A stretch of 64,000 nt of DNA, taken from positions 124,001 through 188,000 of the forward strand of contig VJWM01000182.1 of the NCBI GenBank assembly GCA_010909165.1. The letters run 5' to 3'. Origin of the DNA: Anthoceros angustus (taxonomy: Eukaryota; Plantae; Anthocerotophyta). The notes under the pieces are model-generated. The model ran no database searches. It was not told the origin of the DNA and saw only the letters and a program-made list of their open reading frames with translations. The first letter of the stretch is position 1. Each line of letters starts with the position of its first letter. Positions 13,335 to 24,090 of the stretch are shown one piece after another. A program made the translations under genes and the position numbers.

Positions 13335-13745
13335 CTACTTAGAGTCAACTAAGTAAGTTCCAGTCCTGGCAGCATGTGAGTTGGTAGTACCTTCCTTAGG
13401 CTTCCCAAGATCCAAGGCACCTGGAATCCCTTGGAACTTTGGGTTCTTGTCGCAAAGATCTGCGATTCCATGGAAGTGTGGCCATGTGGTATTGATGCCC
13501 CCCCTTGCTATCTTGTGCTCCTTCTCCTTTCGATATCGCTTCTTTAGATTCTCCATTTTCATCTTGCATTTTTTGGTAATCACACCATGAAGGCCACAGT
13601 TGTTGCCAACTTCAGCAGCCACCTCATTCCATTGTCTTGTGGTGAGGTTCCCTTGGTTGAGGTGCACAAGGTGCATCTCATGATAGGCTTCTATCAGGAC
13701 CGTTGTTGCTTCTTCACCCCAAAGGCTTCTCCATTCTCTACAACG
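13335..13745 (-). pseudogene. Trihelix Myb/SANT-like DNA-binding domain exon (Harbinger MYB-like ORF or decayed trihelix TF)
   Basis: WGEEATTVLIEAYHEMHLVHLNQGNLTTRQWNEVAAEV...KCKMKMENLKKRYRKEK...TWPHFHGIADL is the classic trihelix pattern. No in-frame ATG before the first Trp, and the downstream linker has stops. Confidence 0.7.
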
Positions 13746-15139
13746 GGGAGATGTCCCTTGGCTTGTTTGGTAAAGTCTTCATACATATTGATTGCTTCAT
13801 CCATGATTGAATAGTAGTGTTGATTCTTGATGCTTTTCGATTTCACGCAAGAGAATTTGTGGAGGAGTCTTGGGAGAAGGCGACGCGAGGGGTCATTGCC
13901 AGTCACTCTTTTGTGGAGCCCTCCCTAGTTGGATCATTATTCATGATTATTAATTATGATTATAGGATCACGGGTATATGATGGAACCAGGACAAGCCTT
14001 TTAGATTGTTCTCATGGCTAATTATGAAATACTGCGGACTCACTGCGGGCATAGTTCAATGTGTGAGCTCTTGGAAAAAAAAGCTTTTTTTAGGGGTACT
14101 TCTCATCTTTATGTGAAATGACACAATGCCTTCGAACTGCCATTCTGAAAGGCTCTTGAGTGAGGTAACCACATGGAACAGGAATCGGAAAGTGACACGG
14201 TAACAACGGCATTTTGCACTTGCACACAAATTTTGTGCCAGGTTGCCCCTCAGGAATAGTCTCCCCCTTCTCCCCATCTCTCTTCGCGGCATACCAAGTT
14301 ACCGAGGACCTCCATAATCAAAATGGTTCAGGCTCAAGTGTAATATGATTTCAAGTTTCTAATTTATGCTCTCCTCCACTCCGTCCAGCACTGGGAACGA
14401 GATGTTGAGGTCCACTTCAAACTTGCTAACAACAAGCAAGCACAACTTAACCATATAAGACACATAGTAAAGCGCATAAGACACGAGTAAGGCACAAATA
14501 AGATACATAAGGCACAAGTTAACCAATATAAGACACATTTGAGGCTCCCTAACCTCGAGGCTTCAACACATCAAAGGAAAATGTGAATCTACTTCTTACC
14601 AGCCAAGGTTGGGACCCAGATTCTTCTAGAGCCCAGCGAGCATTGAAGGCCGTTTCTTCCACAGTTTCTAGCACACCAGAAGGATCTTATAATAGGATAA
14701 CCCACCAGGATGCCTTTACAGCCTTACAGTAGCGGCCCGTCGCTGGCAGAGACGGTATATCAGGTGGGCTAGAATGGCCTTACAATAGCAGCCCTTTTCT
14801 TTTGCGAGCGAGACAACAGCGATTGTACATCAAACAGCCCCGAAGGATTCTGACAATAGGGGTCTTATCAAGCGGCCCACCGAAGAGTCTTACAACAACA
14901 ACCCTTTTCTTTGCGAGCTTGATGGTAGAGATCGTATAGCCGAAAGGCTTTACAGTAGGTAAACCACCAAGGGCCAAGAGTAATAGGCAATAGGTAATAC
15001 CCCATCCCAGTAATGATCCCATAAATATTGGTTGAATTAGAGCATAACTAAAATTTATAGACGATCGGAAAGAAGATTTTGGAAGGAAATACTCTTAAAA
15101 ACAGAGTGTAAATCAATTCCTTCGTAGCTCAGGTCTTAG

Positions 15140-15310
15140 GTCGTCAAACTAAATGTGTATGGGAAGACGACCCATGTCTTGGCTTGTCAAACTATATGCC
15201 ACGGGGAAGATGACCCATGTCTTAGCTTCTTTGACTAAGTATGTGTAGAAAGACAATCCATATCTTGGCTTGTCAAACTAAATGCGTATGGGAAGACAAC
15301 CAATGTATAT
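15140..15310. repeat. Minisatellite, about 44-bp unit x4
   Basis: AAACTAAATGTGTATGGGAAGACGACCCATGTCTTGGCTTGTC variants in tandem. Confidence 0.8.
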
Positions 15311-15786
15311 TCTTAAGTGTTGGATAGTTTTATTCTTATTATCAGTATTAATAAATCTTGTAATTAAAATAATATAACCATGCCTTGGGCTTACCTGAAA
15401 TGTAAACATGAACGGAAAGCGTGGTGGCCATAGTCATGGGGTTAGGTATAGAATATACCAGTCCTGGAAGGAGCGTAGAAATTTCTGGTCTGGCTTTCTC
15501 CTGCGCCTGCCCCTTCTATCACCCCTGTGCGGTGCGAATTGCGATGAGCAGCAGCAGCAGGCAGTTGAGCTGCGTTCCGGGCCGGACCCCTGCGTCCTTG
15601 ATCACACGCGCCCTTGGACGCAAGCGCATGCGCACACGGCAGGCTGGAGCCTCATTTGGCAGATTGAAGCGTCCTGGAGCGAGGCATGATGAAGAGCAGG
15701 ATGCGGGGTGCTTCCACGTCGTGCCTCGGGCCCCGTCTGTTCTGTTAGTTACCCTGCTGCAATTCAGCTGATGCGGCGTTGCAAGG

Positions 15787-17157
15787 ATGATGATCCCCAC
15801 GCTCACGCCGGGTCTCGGCCACAGTGACAGTCCTGCGCCCGCGGGCGGGGCCGTGCCAGGGGCAGGGGCTTACGACGAGGAAACTTCAGCGCTGATGCTA
15901 AGCCCTACTACCAGATCGGAGTCGCTGAAGCCCATGGAGATCTCGGAGTTGGACGAAGGCCGCCGGACATTCAAGGCCGGCGGCCGTTGGGACTGGACCC
16001 GCCGCTGGCTCAGGTACGCCCGAAGGAGCTCCAGGGAAGTTGTGTGCGGAACCAAGCTCAAGTGGCTGCTTCCCTTGGTTCCCATCTCGATTCTGGCTCA
16101 CATGAAGCTGGGGCAGGGCTGGGTGTTTGCTCTCAGCTTGTTAGGTATCGCACCCTTGGCTGAGCGCTTGGGATATGTTACGGAGCAGCTGTCCATGTAT
16201 ACGGGCCCCACTGTGGGGGCCCTGTTGAATGCCACATTTGGGAACGCCACCGAGATGATAATCTCCATCTTCGCCTTGCGGAACGGGCTGATCCGCGTGG
16301 TGCAGCTGTCTCTCCTGGGATCGATCCTCTCCAACATGCTGCTTGTTTTGGGTTGCGCCTTTTTCTTCGGTGGTGTGGTGCACAACAGAAGAGAGCAAAA
16401 GTTCAATAAAGCTGCGGCTATGGTCTCCTCCGGTTTGCTCCTCATGGCCGTCATGGGCCTGCTTTTCCCAGCGGTCCTTCATTCCACGCACACCGAGGTT
16501 CACCAAGGCAAATCCGAGCTGATGCTTTCCAGGTTCAGCAGTGTCGTCATGCTCGTCGCCTACGGCCTCTATCTCTTCTTCCAGCTCAAGAGCCACCGTG
16601 ATCTGTACGCAGACACTTCCGACGCCGATGACGACAAGGACGGAATCTTGGAGGAGGATTCGACACTAGGCTGCTGGGGGGCCATAGTGTGGCTCGGGAT
16701 ACTCACGGTGCTAATCTCCATTCTGTCCGAGTATCTAGTGGATGCTATAGGGGGAGCATCCGAGAGTCTGAATATACCCATGGCCTTCATCAGTGTCATC
16801 ATTCTGCCCATCGTCGGTAATGCCGCTGAGCATGCCAGTGCCATCATGTTCGCCCTCAAAGACAAACTGGACATCTCCATCGGTGTGGCTGTTGGATCGT
16901 CCACTCAGATTGCCATGTTCGTCATCCCTTTCTGCGTGGTGGTAGGCTGGCTCATGGGGCGGGAAATGGATCTGGACTTCCAGGTGTTTGAGACTACCAC
17001 CCTGTTCATCACTGTGTTGGTGGTTGCATTCATGCTGCAGGAAGGGACATCTAACTACTTCAAAGGGGCAATGCTGGTCCTCTCTTACCTAATAGTCGGC
17101 GTCAGTTTCTTCGTCCATGTACCTGATTCGGAGCGGGACGGAGGTGGTGCAAGGTGA
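15787..17157 (+). CDS. CAX: Vacuolar cation/H+ exchanger (CAX), 456 aa, single exon
   Basis: Uninterrupted ORF with about 11 hydrophobic segments. Alpha-1 repeat LLNATFGNATEMIISIFAL, alpha-2 repeat ILPIVGNAAEHASAI, and an acidic central loop (DTSDADDDKDGILEED). Confidence 0.96.
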   Translation: MMIPTLTPGLGHSDSPAPAGGAVPGAGAYDEETSALMLSPTTRSESLKPMEISELDEGRRTFKAGGRWDWTRRWLRYARRSSREVVCGTKLKWLLPLVPISILAHMKLGQGWVFALSLLGIAPLAERLGYVTEQLSMYTGPTVGALLNATFGNATEMIISIFALRNGLIRVVQLSLLGSILSNMLLVLGCAFFFGGVVHNRREQKFNKAAAMVSSGLLLMAVMGLLFPAVLHSTHTEVHQGKSELMLSRFSSVVMLVAYGLYLFFQLKSHRDLYADTSDADDDKDGILEEDSTLGCWGAIVWLGILTVLISILSEYLVDAIGGASESLNIPMAFISVIILPIVGNAAEHASAIMFALKDKLDISIGVAVGSSTQIAMFVIPFCVVVGWLMGREMDLDFQVFETTTLFITVLVVAFMLQEGTSNYFKGAMLVLSYLIVGVSFFVHVPDSERDGGGAR

Positions 17158-17695
17158 GCGAGAGGGTGAGAGAGGGACGTGCCGCAAGGCCCCTGCTTGC
17201 TTCCCAGCTGATTTGCCCGCTGAATTGGTGACCCGACCTCCTTCGTGCCCGCATGAGGTGCTCAGCATTGCATTGCAAAGAAGCAAAGGCAACGCACGTG
17301 CCACCCACACCCTCTGCTTCCGGTCTGTTATGCACTCTTTTGGACATCCAAATGAGAGCTTCTTGTCTTCTTCTTGAGGCTGTGTGCCGTGGACTGGAGT
17401 CCTTATTCCATGTATGTAGGTATAATAGTGTTGCTGCGAAAGGTACGCCCCTCTCTTGAGGACTTCACTAACGGCCAAGTTACACTCAACTGCCCTTTCC
17501 CTTCACACGGACATTTGTCTCCCTTCTTTGTTCGTCTCGATTCTTGGCACGGCTTATTGGGGCTGCTGGATCCTCCTTTGGGAAGTGGCAACACGCAGGA
17601 ACAATCATTTTGCTCTGAGCGTCTTCAATGTCCAGCTCAACCTCCCAAGAACTGTGCACCGCCAGCTTGAATTGGCCACGTAAATTTTGACAGCA

Positions 17696-19612
17696 ATGAG
17701 AGCCAGAAAGCTGAGTAGCCAGACACGCCTCTATGTATGTGCCCTCTTTTCTGGAGTGGCGATGGTGGGCCTTCTTCTGGCCGTCACTGGAACGACGGAC
17801 AAGGTGCAAAACAGCTACAGGGGCGCACCAGGAAATTTCCTTTCTTCAAAGCTGGGAAACACGAGGGTCGATCCAGACTTGTACAGTAAGTCTAAGCCGA
17901 CGTGCCTCGCTCCTTGCTCTTCGGCTCCTGCAATTTCTTTGACGATAATTATGCATCTTCTTTATACAGACTGCCAAGAAGTCGGGTTCTCTGACCGATT
18001 CATTGTTCCTGACGCCCAATACCACAATCTGGCCATGGTGAGACGGTTTAATCAGCAAAAATCGTCAGGCTGCCGAAGCAAGTTCCAGCAGCATTGCTTC
18101 TGGAAGCACAGACCTAGCCCCTCGCAGGCTTTCCTTGCTGCACTTCGGAGCTACGAACATCTTCACCGTAACTGCGTGCAAGGCCACAACCTGACAGAAC
18201 ACCTTCTCCGAGGCACAGTCCCGTCATCGGAGTCATCTCCCTGCAGCTTTCTGGTTTGGAAGATGTTGGACGGCAAGGGGAACCAGCTCATGTCTCTGGT
18301 GTCTGCATTTGTATATGCATTGATCACAAAGCGTGTGCTGCTGATCACACCAGAAGCCAATCTACAGCATCTCTTCTGCGAACCCTTTCCAGGAAGCTCC
18401 TGGCTTGTGCCCCCCGAGTTCCCTGAAAATTACGTCCGGGAGCGCTCGGAGCACCATGGAGTTTTTTATGAAAGGGCTTCGAACATGACAAAGCCTCCTG
18501 GCAGCAATTCGTCCCAACCGCACCAGCAAGGACATGAAGCTGACAGGATTCCTCGTCCAGCACACCTTGTGGCCTACCTCACCAACTGGAGCCAACGCCA
18601 AGACCTTCGCTTCTTCTGCACCACTGAGCAAAAGCTTTTAGCCACCATCCCCTGGCTCTTCTTTTGGTCTAACCAGTACAGTATTCCCGGCCTCTACTTC
18701 CTCCCTTCTTTCAGACAGGAGCTGAACAGACTCTTTCCAGATAGAGCTGTTTTTCTGCATGCAGCTCGTTACCTCCTCAGTCCGCAGGATGTCATCTGGG
18801 GCCGCATAACCAGATTCTACAGCGCCTATATTGCAGCAGCTGACAGGAGGCTTGGGATACAGGTGAGAACTTGGTCCAAGGAGTACTACCCCATCATCAG
18901 CATGCATGTCCTCAAGTGTGCCACCGACACAGGGCTGCTGCCGAACCTCACCGGCAACCCTGCCCAGATTGGAGATGATGCAGCTTGGGCACAGGATCAG
19001 AACTATACTGCAGAAGCAGAAGGCAAGTTCGATGGCCTGGAAGCAGAAAGCTATCCGGAAACCCCTCATGCCAGCAACCACGGAGATGCAGCTCCAATTC
19101 CAGATTCGGTGACCCACAAAGTGGTTGTTCTGCTGACATCCCTACGCCGGGAATATCATGAGAATCTGACCGAGTTCTATGTGAAGTATGCTACACGAGA
19201 GATAGGCCATCGGTACAAGATCATGGTTGTCAGTCCCAGTGCAGAAGGAGAGCAGCAAACAGGAGTCTTGGAACATGAGCACAAGGTGATTGCAGATATG
19301 TGGCTTCTGAGCTTCACGGATGACATCATATCCACCCCACGGTCCACATTTGGCTATGTAGCACATGGCCTGGCAGGCATCACTCCAGTGGTTTTTCGGG
19401 ATTACGGCCTTGACAGGAACAAGCTGCCCCCCGGCCCATCATGTCATCACACAAACCTACCTGGCCCTTGCTTCATCGACCATCCGGAGCAGATGGCTTG
19501 TCCCATGGAAGCTGATCCCGTGCGCATGGGTGTGGGCAACGTGGACACCAGTGTCCCGGAGGTTCGACACTGTTTACTGCAATGGGGAATAGGCGTCTAT
19601 GAAGGAAATTGA
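17696..19612 (+). CDS. FUT: Xyloglucan galactoside 2-alpha-L-fucosyltransferase (GT37), type II membrane protein; probable 84-nt in-frame intron 17886-17969
   Basis: N-terminal TM segment (RLYVCALFSGVAMVGLLLAVTG). GT37 motifs GKGNQLMSLVSAFVYALITKRVLL, LFCEPFPGSSWL, WGRITRFYSAYIAAADRRLGIQVR, ADMWLLSFTDDIISTPRSTFGYVAHGLAGITP. The ATG is three codons after the TTG used by the ORF track. Confidence 0.93.
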   Translation: MRARKLSSQTRLYVCALFSGVAMVGLLLAVTGTTDKVQNSYRGAPGNFLSSKLGNTRVDPDLYSKSKPTCLAPCSSAPAISLTIIMHLLYTDCQEVGFSDRFIVPDAQYHNLAMVRRFNQQKSSGCRSKFQQHCFWKHRPSPSQAFLAALRSYEHLHRNCVQGHNLTEHLLRGTVPSSESSPCSFLVWKMLDGKGNQLMSLVSAFVYALITKRVLLITPEANLQHLFCEPFPGSSWLVPPEFPENYVRERSEHHGVFYERASNMTKPPGSNSSQPHQQGHEADRIPRPAHLVAYLTNWSQRQDLRFFCTTEQKLLATIPWLFFWSNQYSIPGLYFLPSFRQELNRLFPDRAVFLHAARYLLSPQDVIWGRITRFYSAYIAAADRRLGIQVRTWSKEYYPIISMHVLKCATDTGLLPNLTGNPAQIGDDAAWAQDQNYTAEAEGKFDGLEAESYPETPHASNHGDAAPIPDSVTHKVVVLLTSLRREYHENLTEFYVKYATREIGHRYKIMVVSPSAEGEQQTGVLEHEHKVIADMWLLSFTDDIISTPRSTFGYVAHGLAGITPVVFRDYGLDRNKLPPGPSCHHTNLPGPCFIDHPEQMACPMEADPVRMGVGNVDTSVPEVRHCLLQWGIGVYEGN

Positions 19613-20199
19613 TTCCTGGCTTCGGGGAATTGCTGAGGGCAGTTGCAGCATCAGTATATATTTTCAGGTTGCTGACTTCTTCAACCACGCTCCATCCACG
19701 AAACGTTTGTTTGTTTGTACTACAGTCCATAAGAACAAAACTTCTCAAAGTTTGCGAAATCGTTCCTTGTCTAATTTCAATCTCACAATGCAGAAATCAG
19801 GAAGCAGTCGGGAACAAGCTCACTCAAGCCAAGAGTGACAAACACTGCGGGAAGGAACCCAGTTCTTGAGCACCTGAATAAAGATGACTGCATGAAAGGA
19901 GGCATGCACCACTATCAGGCATAGGCAACGTTGAGGTCCCTGATGCTCTCCAAACCTTGCAATGAGCAATTGCTGCTGGCCGAACTGGAAACCCTGCGGC
20001 TGCACATTCTGATCCTGCAGTGGCCGGTTCGGGAACCCTTCTCGTGATCACTCGCTCACGTTAGACATCGTTGATATACTTTCTCGCCTCCGACAAAAGG
20101 AGCTTGATAGGGCGCTATCGCCTATATCCGCATGTCACCATGGTCACCAGGGCTGCTCACCTTGGAGTGCGCAAAGAACGCGCAAAGCAGCGAGGCGGA

Positions 20200-20790
20200 G
20201 TTCGGACACGTGTTAGGCCAAATCGACACAGATTTATAAGAACGTCATTATTAAGCATCCTGCCCTTAGATCGGTACTTAGATGGGGTCCCCAAAGGGAG
20301 TGGATGCCCTTGATGCAAGTAGCTTGGGCACAACATGGTACAAGTTGTTAAGTATCAAGTCCCATGACAGAAAATTTCGTCGAAGTGGACTAAAATATAT
20401 TTTCTTGTTCTTCTTTCTTCTAACTCTAACTTTGTCGAAACCTCATACGCCGGCGATGGTGCACGGCCCTTCTTCTTCTTCTGTGTCCAAATGGCTTAGG
20501 CCAAATGGACACACATTTACAAGAACGCCGTGATTAAGCATCCTGAGCTTAGATCGGTACTTAGATGGGGTGCTTAAGGGGGGAGTGGATGCCTTTGGTG
20601 CAAGTCCGTCCTCAATGGACTCAAATAAAATTCTTCTTCTTCTTCTTCTTCTTCTTCTTTCTTCTTAACTCTAACTTTGTCGAAACCTCGGACGCTGGCG
20701 ATGGTGCACGACCCTTCTTCTTTCTTCTTAACTCTAACTTTGTCGAAACCTCACCTCATACGCCCGGCGATGGTGCACGGCCCATCCGGA
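20200..20790. repeat. Short repeat family, about 295-bp unit x2 with internal re-duplication; third partial copy at 21464-21580
   Basis: TTAGGCCAAAT.GACAC...TTAAGCATCCTG..CTTAGATCGGTACTTAGATGGGG...GGGAGTGGATGCC...CTAACTTTGTCGAAACCTC...GGCGATGGTGCACG recurs. Confidence 0.75.
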
Positions 20791-21064
20791 AGGTAGAAGC
20801 AGTCTGGGAGTGTAGATTAGCTATGTGGGAGTGTAGAACAGCAGAGGCGGTAGCGGTATTTTTGTGTTTTTTTGTGTTTGACACCAGAGCAGATTGGAAT
20901 TTTCACCATGTACTAGGTTCCCAGTGGTGGATCATGGAATTTTCACCATGTACTAGGTTCCAAGTGGTGGAGCATGGAATTTTCACCAGGAGCATGATAG
21001 CCCGCGTGAGTAGAGCTGATAATGAGCTGAAATGGCCATATGCGGATCTACTGATATCCAATAG

Positions 21065-21314
21065 TTCGAAATGTGCAAACAGCAAACATTGGCGTGGGTT
21101 GACAAGGCTCAGCCCATCAGGAATTGCCACAGAAGAAAAGAAGTTTTTATTCAAGTTCGATGTAAAATAAAACTAGATGCTCCCAAAACTTCGAAATGTG
21201 CAAACAGCAAACATTGGCGTGGGTTGACAAGGCTCAGCCCATCAGGAATTGCCACAGAAGAAAAGAAGTTTTTATTCAAGTTCGATGTAAAATAAAACTA
21301 GATGCTCCCAAAAC
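21065..21314. repeat. Perfect-looking 125-bp tandem duplication directly downstream of the tRNA
   Basis: TTCGAAATGTGCAAAC...GATGCTCCCAAAAC at 21065-21189 and 21190-21314. Confidence 0.9.
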
Positions 21315-21318
21315 TGTC

Positions 21319-21343
21319 TGCGGTGAGCGTGGATCGAACACGC

Positions 21344-21386
<43 letters not shown>

Positions 21387-21391
21387 CCCGC
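21319..21391 (-). tRNA. tRNA-Phe(GAA): tRNA-Phe (anticodon GAA), nuclear type, intronless
   Basis: Reverse complement GCGGGGATAGCTCAGTTGGGAGAGCGTCAGACTGAAGATCTGAAGGTCGCGTGTTCGATCCACGCTCACCGCA: 73 nt, full cloverleaf, A and B boxes, followed by a TTTT Pol III terminator. Confidence 0.97.
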
Positions 21392-22689
21392 ATGGACAAT
21401 AGGAATTATTCCACATAAAACTATATCTATTCATCTATTCACCCGTCCCCCATTCCGTCCGAATGCAAGTAGCTTAGGCACTCCAAGGTACAAGTTGTTA
21501 AGTACCAAAGTTGTTAAGTACCAAGTCCCATGACGGAAATCCGTCCTTAGTGGACTTAAATAAAATTCTTCTTCACTCCGAAGAACAATTTGTCAAGAAC
21601 TTAGTCAAAAGTGGACTATAATAGACTTCTTCCTTTTCTTCTTCCAAGAGAACTTATTGTGCCTGGACAAGGCAATAAAATATCCTTTCATACGAGGATA
21701 CTTAGGCTTGGTTTGAATGGAGCTTGTTGTTGGGTCTCCAGTCACATTAAAGAATATCAATCTCCATGCCCATGTATGGTGAGGATGGTCATTCTATTGA
21801 TCTTGATCCTAAATCTTACATTGCATGGGGTAAATACACCAAATAAGGACTCTTATGGAATAGACCAAATAAGGACCCCAATGGACTTGTATTCGGGTAA
21901 TAGTTCAAGCCTCGTTCATGGCAAAATTAAAATTAAACTTTATCAATTCTATCCTAGATTAGTCCTTAAAATTAAACTATACCAATTCTATCCTAGATTG
22001 GTCCCTTTACCGAACCATGGTTTCTTAGGTGGCACCTAGGAACGATTACAGTAAATAGTTTTGGTTGAGAAATCCAATCAGCAATGTGGTAGGGTCCTAT
22101 GTAAGTTGGTCTATTGAAAGTTAGTTTTGTATGAGAGGTTATTCAAGTGTTAGTTTATTACTTAAATTTTCACAAGAACAAATTGAGGTCAGGTTCACAT
22201 CGGATCACTTTGTGTCAAGTCCCTTTGAGAAAAAAATCGGGCATCATAGGCTCCGCAATGCCACACGGGTTCCATGAACTTATGAGCCATTCACATGGAC
22301 AAGGGTCTTAATCCATGGCAAACTAGGATTAAAGATGAAACCATGTCAAAATAATAGTATGTTCAGTCATTGTTGATTGATACGGATGGACTAAAAGCAC
22401 ATAAACTTGGGCATAGGCTGAGGGATTGCTGATGCATGAATTATTGTAAGCCTAATCAATAGGGGGATTGGTCTTTTGATCAGCGTGGCTATAAGGAAAG
22501 CCCCATGATGCAACACACATAAGGCAAGGGTGGATTGTGATGGTAGGACACATTTTTTGGAGGTGATTAAGAAAGCTTCTCGAGCTTCAGCACAAACAGC
22601 AATGCATCAACGGAGGCACCCATATGAGTCCTCCGTTTACACTTGAAGAGGTCAAGAGGGAATTCAAAAGCTCAAGAGGGGGAAAGCAA

Positions 22690-22950
22690 CAGACCTGACG
22701 AGGTATTGACAACGGAAGTGGTAAGACGAGCATTGGTGAAAAGACCTGAGGGGGTGTTGACAACGGAAGTGGGTAAGACAAGCATTGTTAAAAAGACCTG
22801 AGGGTATTGACAACGGAAGTGGATAAGACAAGCATTGTTGAACAGACTTGATGGGGTGTTGACAACAGAAGTGGATAAGACAAGCATTCTTGAAAAGACC
22901 TGAGGGGTGTTGACAACGGAAGTGGGTAAGACGAGCATTGTTGAAAAGGA
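22690..22950. repeat. Minisatellite, about 52-bp unit x5-6
   Basis: GACCTGAGGGGTGTTGACAACGGAAGTGGGTAAGACAAGCATTGTTGAAAA variants. Confidence 0.85.
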
Positions 22951-23494
22951 TCTGCCTATTGTCATGCCCACACTATGCATTGAGATGTACCAACATGGGT
23001 GCTTAATCACCGAAAGGATGGGGGAAAGCCCCCACACAAGGCATTAATGGTGCTCAGGCGTTCTCCGTCAACACCCATGCAATCGAAAATTCTAAAAACC
23101 CGCAACGGGGTTGGATAGAGTGAGCAAGAGCATATATGCTATGAATGCAAAAGTGATGAACATGTTGTACCAAAAATTAGCAAATATGTATAGAGAATCC
23201 TTAGGCCTTTAGGAATCCATAAGCCTTTAGATGGGATATGGACAAAATACGAAAGGAACTTTTTGGAAGCAATGGCCTTTGCGTTCTTTGATCTCGCCGT
23301 CGTGCACATGGTATGCAGATGGAGACTGGCACATATAGTAGTGAAGTGAGTGGCTGATGTGCCTGCATGGAGCGCGAGAAAGCATTTTGTTCCCACGTAG
23401 CCTGGGGCTTTCCTAGATGGGACTTCCGATCTTTGCTTTGTTTATAAAATCTCCGCCTTCCCATATATTGTTTTGTAGGGAGAGACAGAGAGCG

Positions 23495-23592
23495 GGCGTC
23501 GCGTCGCGTCGCGTCGCGTGCGTGCGTGCGTGCGTGCGTGCGTGGGGCTTCCGGCCCCCCCTTCCCTTCCCTTTCCTTCCCTTCCCTTCCCG
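23495..23592. repeat. Compound microsatellite (GCGTC)n-(GCGT)n-(CCCTT)n
   Basis: Directly visible. Confidence 0.9.
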
Positions 23593-24090
23593 TGCGTGTG
23601 AGGGCAGTGGGCACTGGCAGCAGTGGCCCTGGGTGTGTGCGTGCGAGAGTGGCGGGGTGCGGTGATTGGGTAGCTGGCAGGCCGGGCAGCCTGGGCCCAG
23701 CGAGGGAGCGCATGAATCGCGATCTTCCACCTCACTGCACTCGCTGCGTAGCGACCACGATGGTGGCCGCTACAGAGATGCCACCTGGGCGCCCATTGCC
23801 GATGCTAATGTTGGCGACGGGAGTGGCCGGCGTCGGGGATGGCCAACTTGGCTCCGCTCCCGGATCTCTCGCACACACGAAGGTTCGAGCTGCGCTGGGC
23901 CACAGCGGGCCAGGCGGACCGGACGCCTCCTTCTATTAGAAACCAGCCCACGCAGTTGTGAGCCAGGAACCGAATGTGTGGTGAATACAGCCTGTGGCGG
24001 GCCCCTGGCTAATCAGCGTCGGGATTCAGATGCCCAGTGCCGCTTGCGTCCACGCTACTGGACTAGACTGGATACATCCATATCTCCACT

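Noticed and set aside
14580-15060. Possible organellar or rDNA insertion
   Set aside because: No recognisable rRNA, tRNA or organellar protein motif; left unannotated.
20355-20380. GTCCCATGAC resembling the plant snRNA USE (RTCCCACATCG)
   Set aside because: Only a partial match, and no snRNA sequence or correctly spaced TATA follows.
21065-21314. Possible dicistronic tRNA-snoRNA trailer after tRNA-Phe
   Set aside because: No proper C box (RUGAUGA) and D box pair with terminal stem, and a TTTT terminator follows the tRNA immediately.
21600-22400. Possible Ty3 integrase C-terminal relic (WGPYLV on minus)
   Set aside because: A single short motif amid many stops; not enough to support a call.
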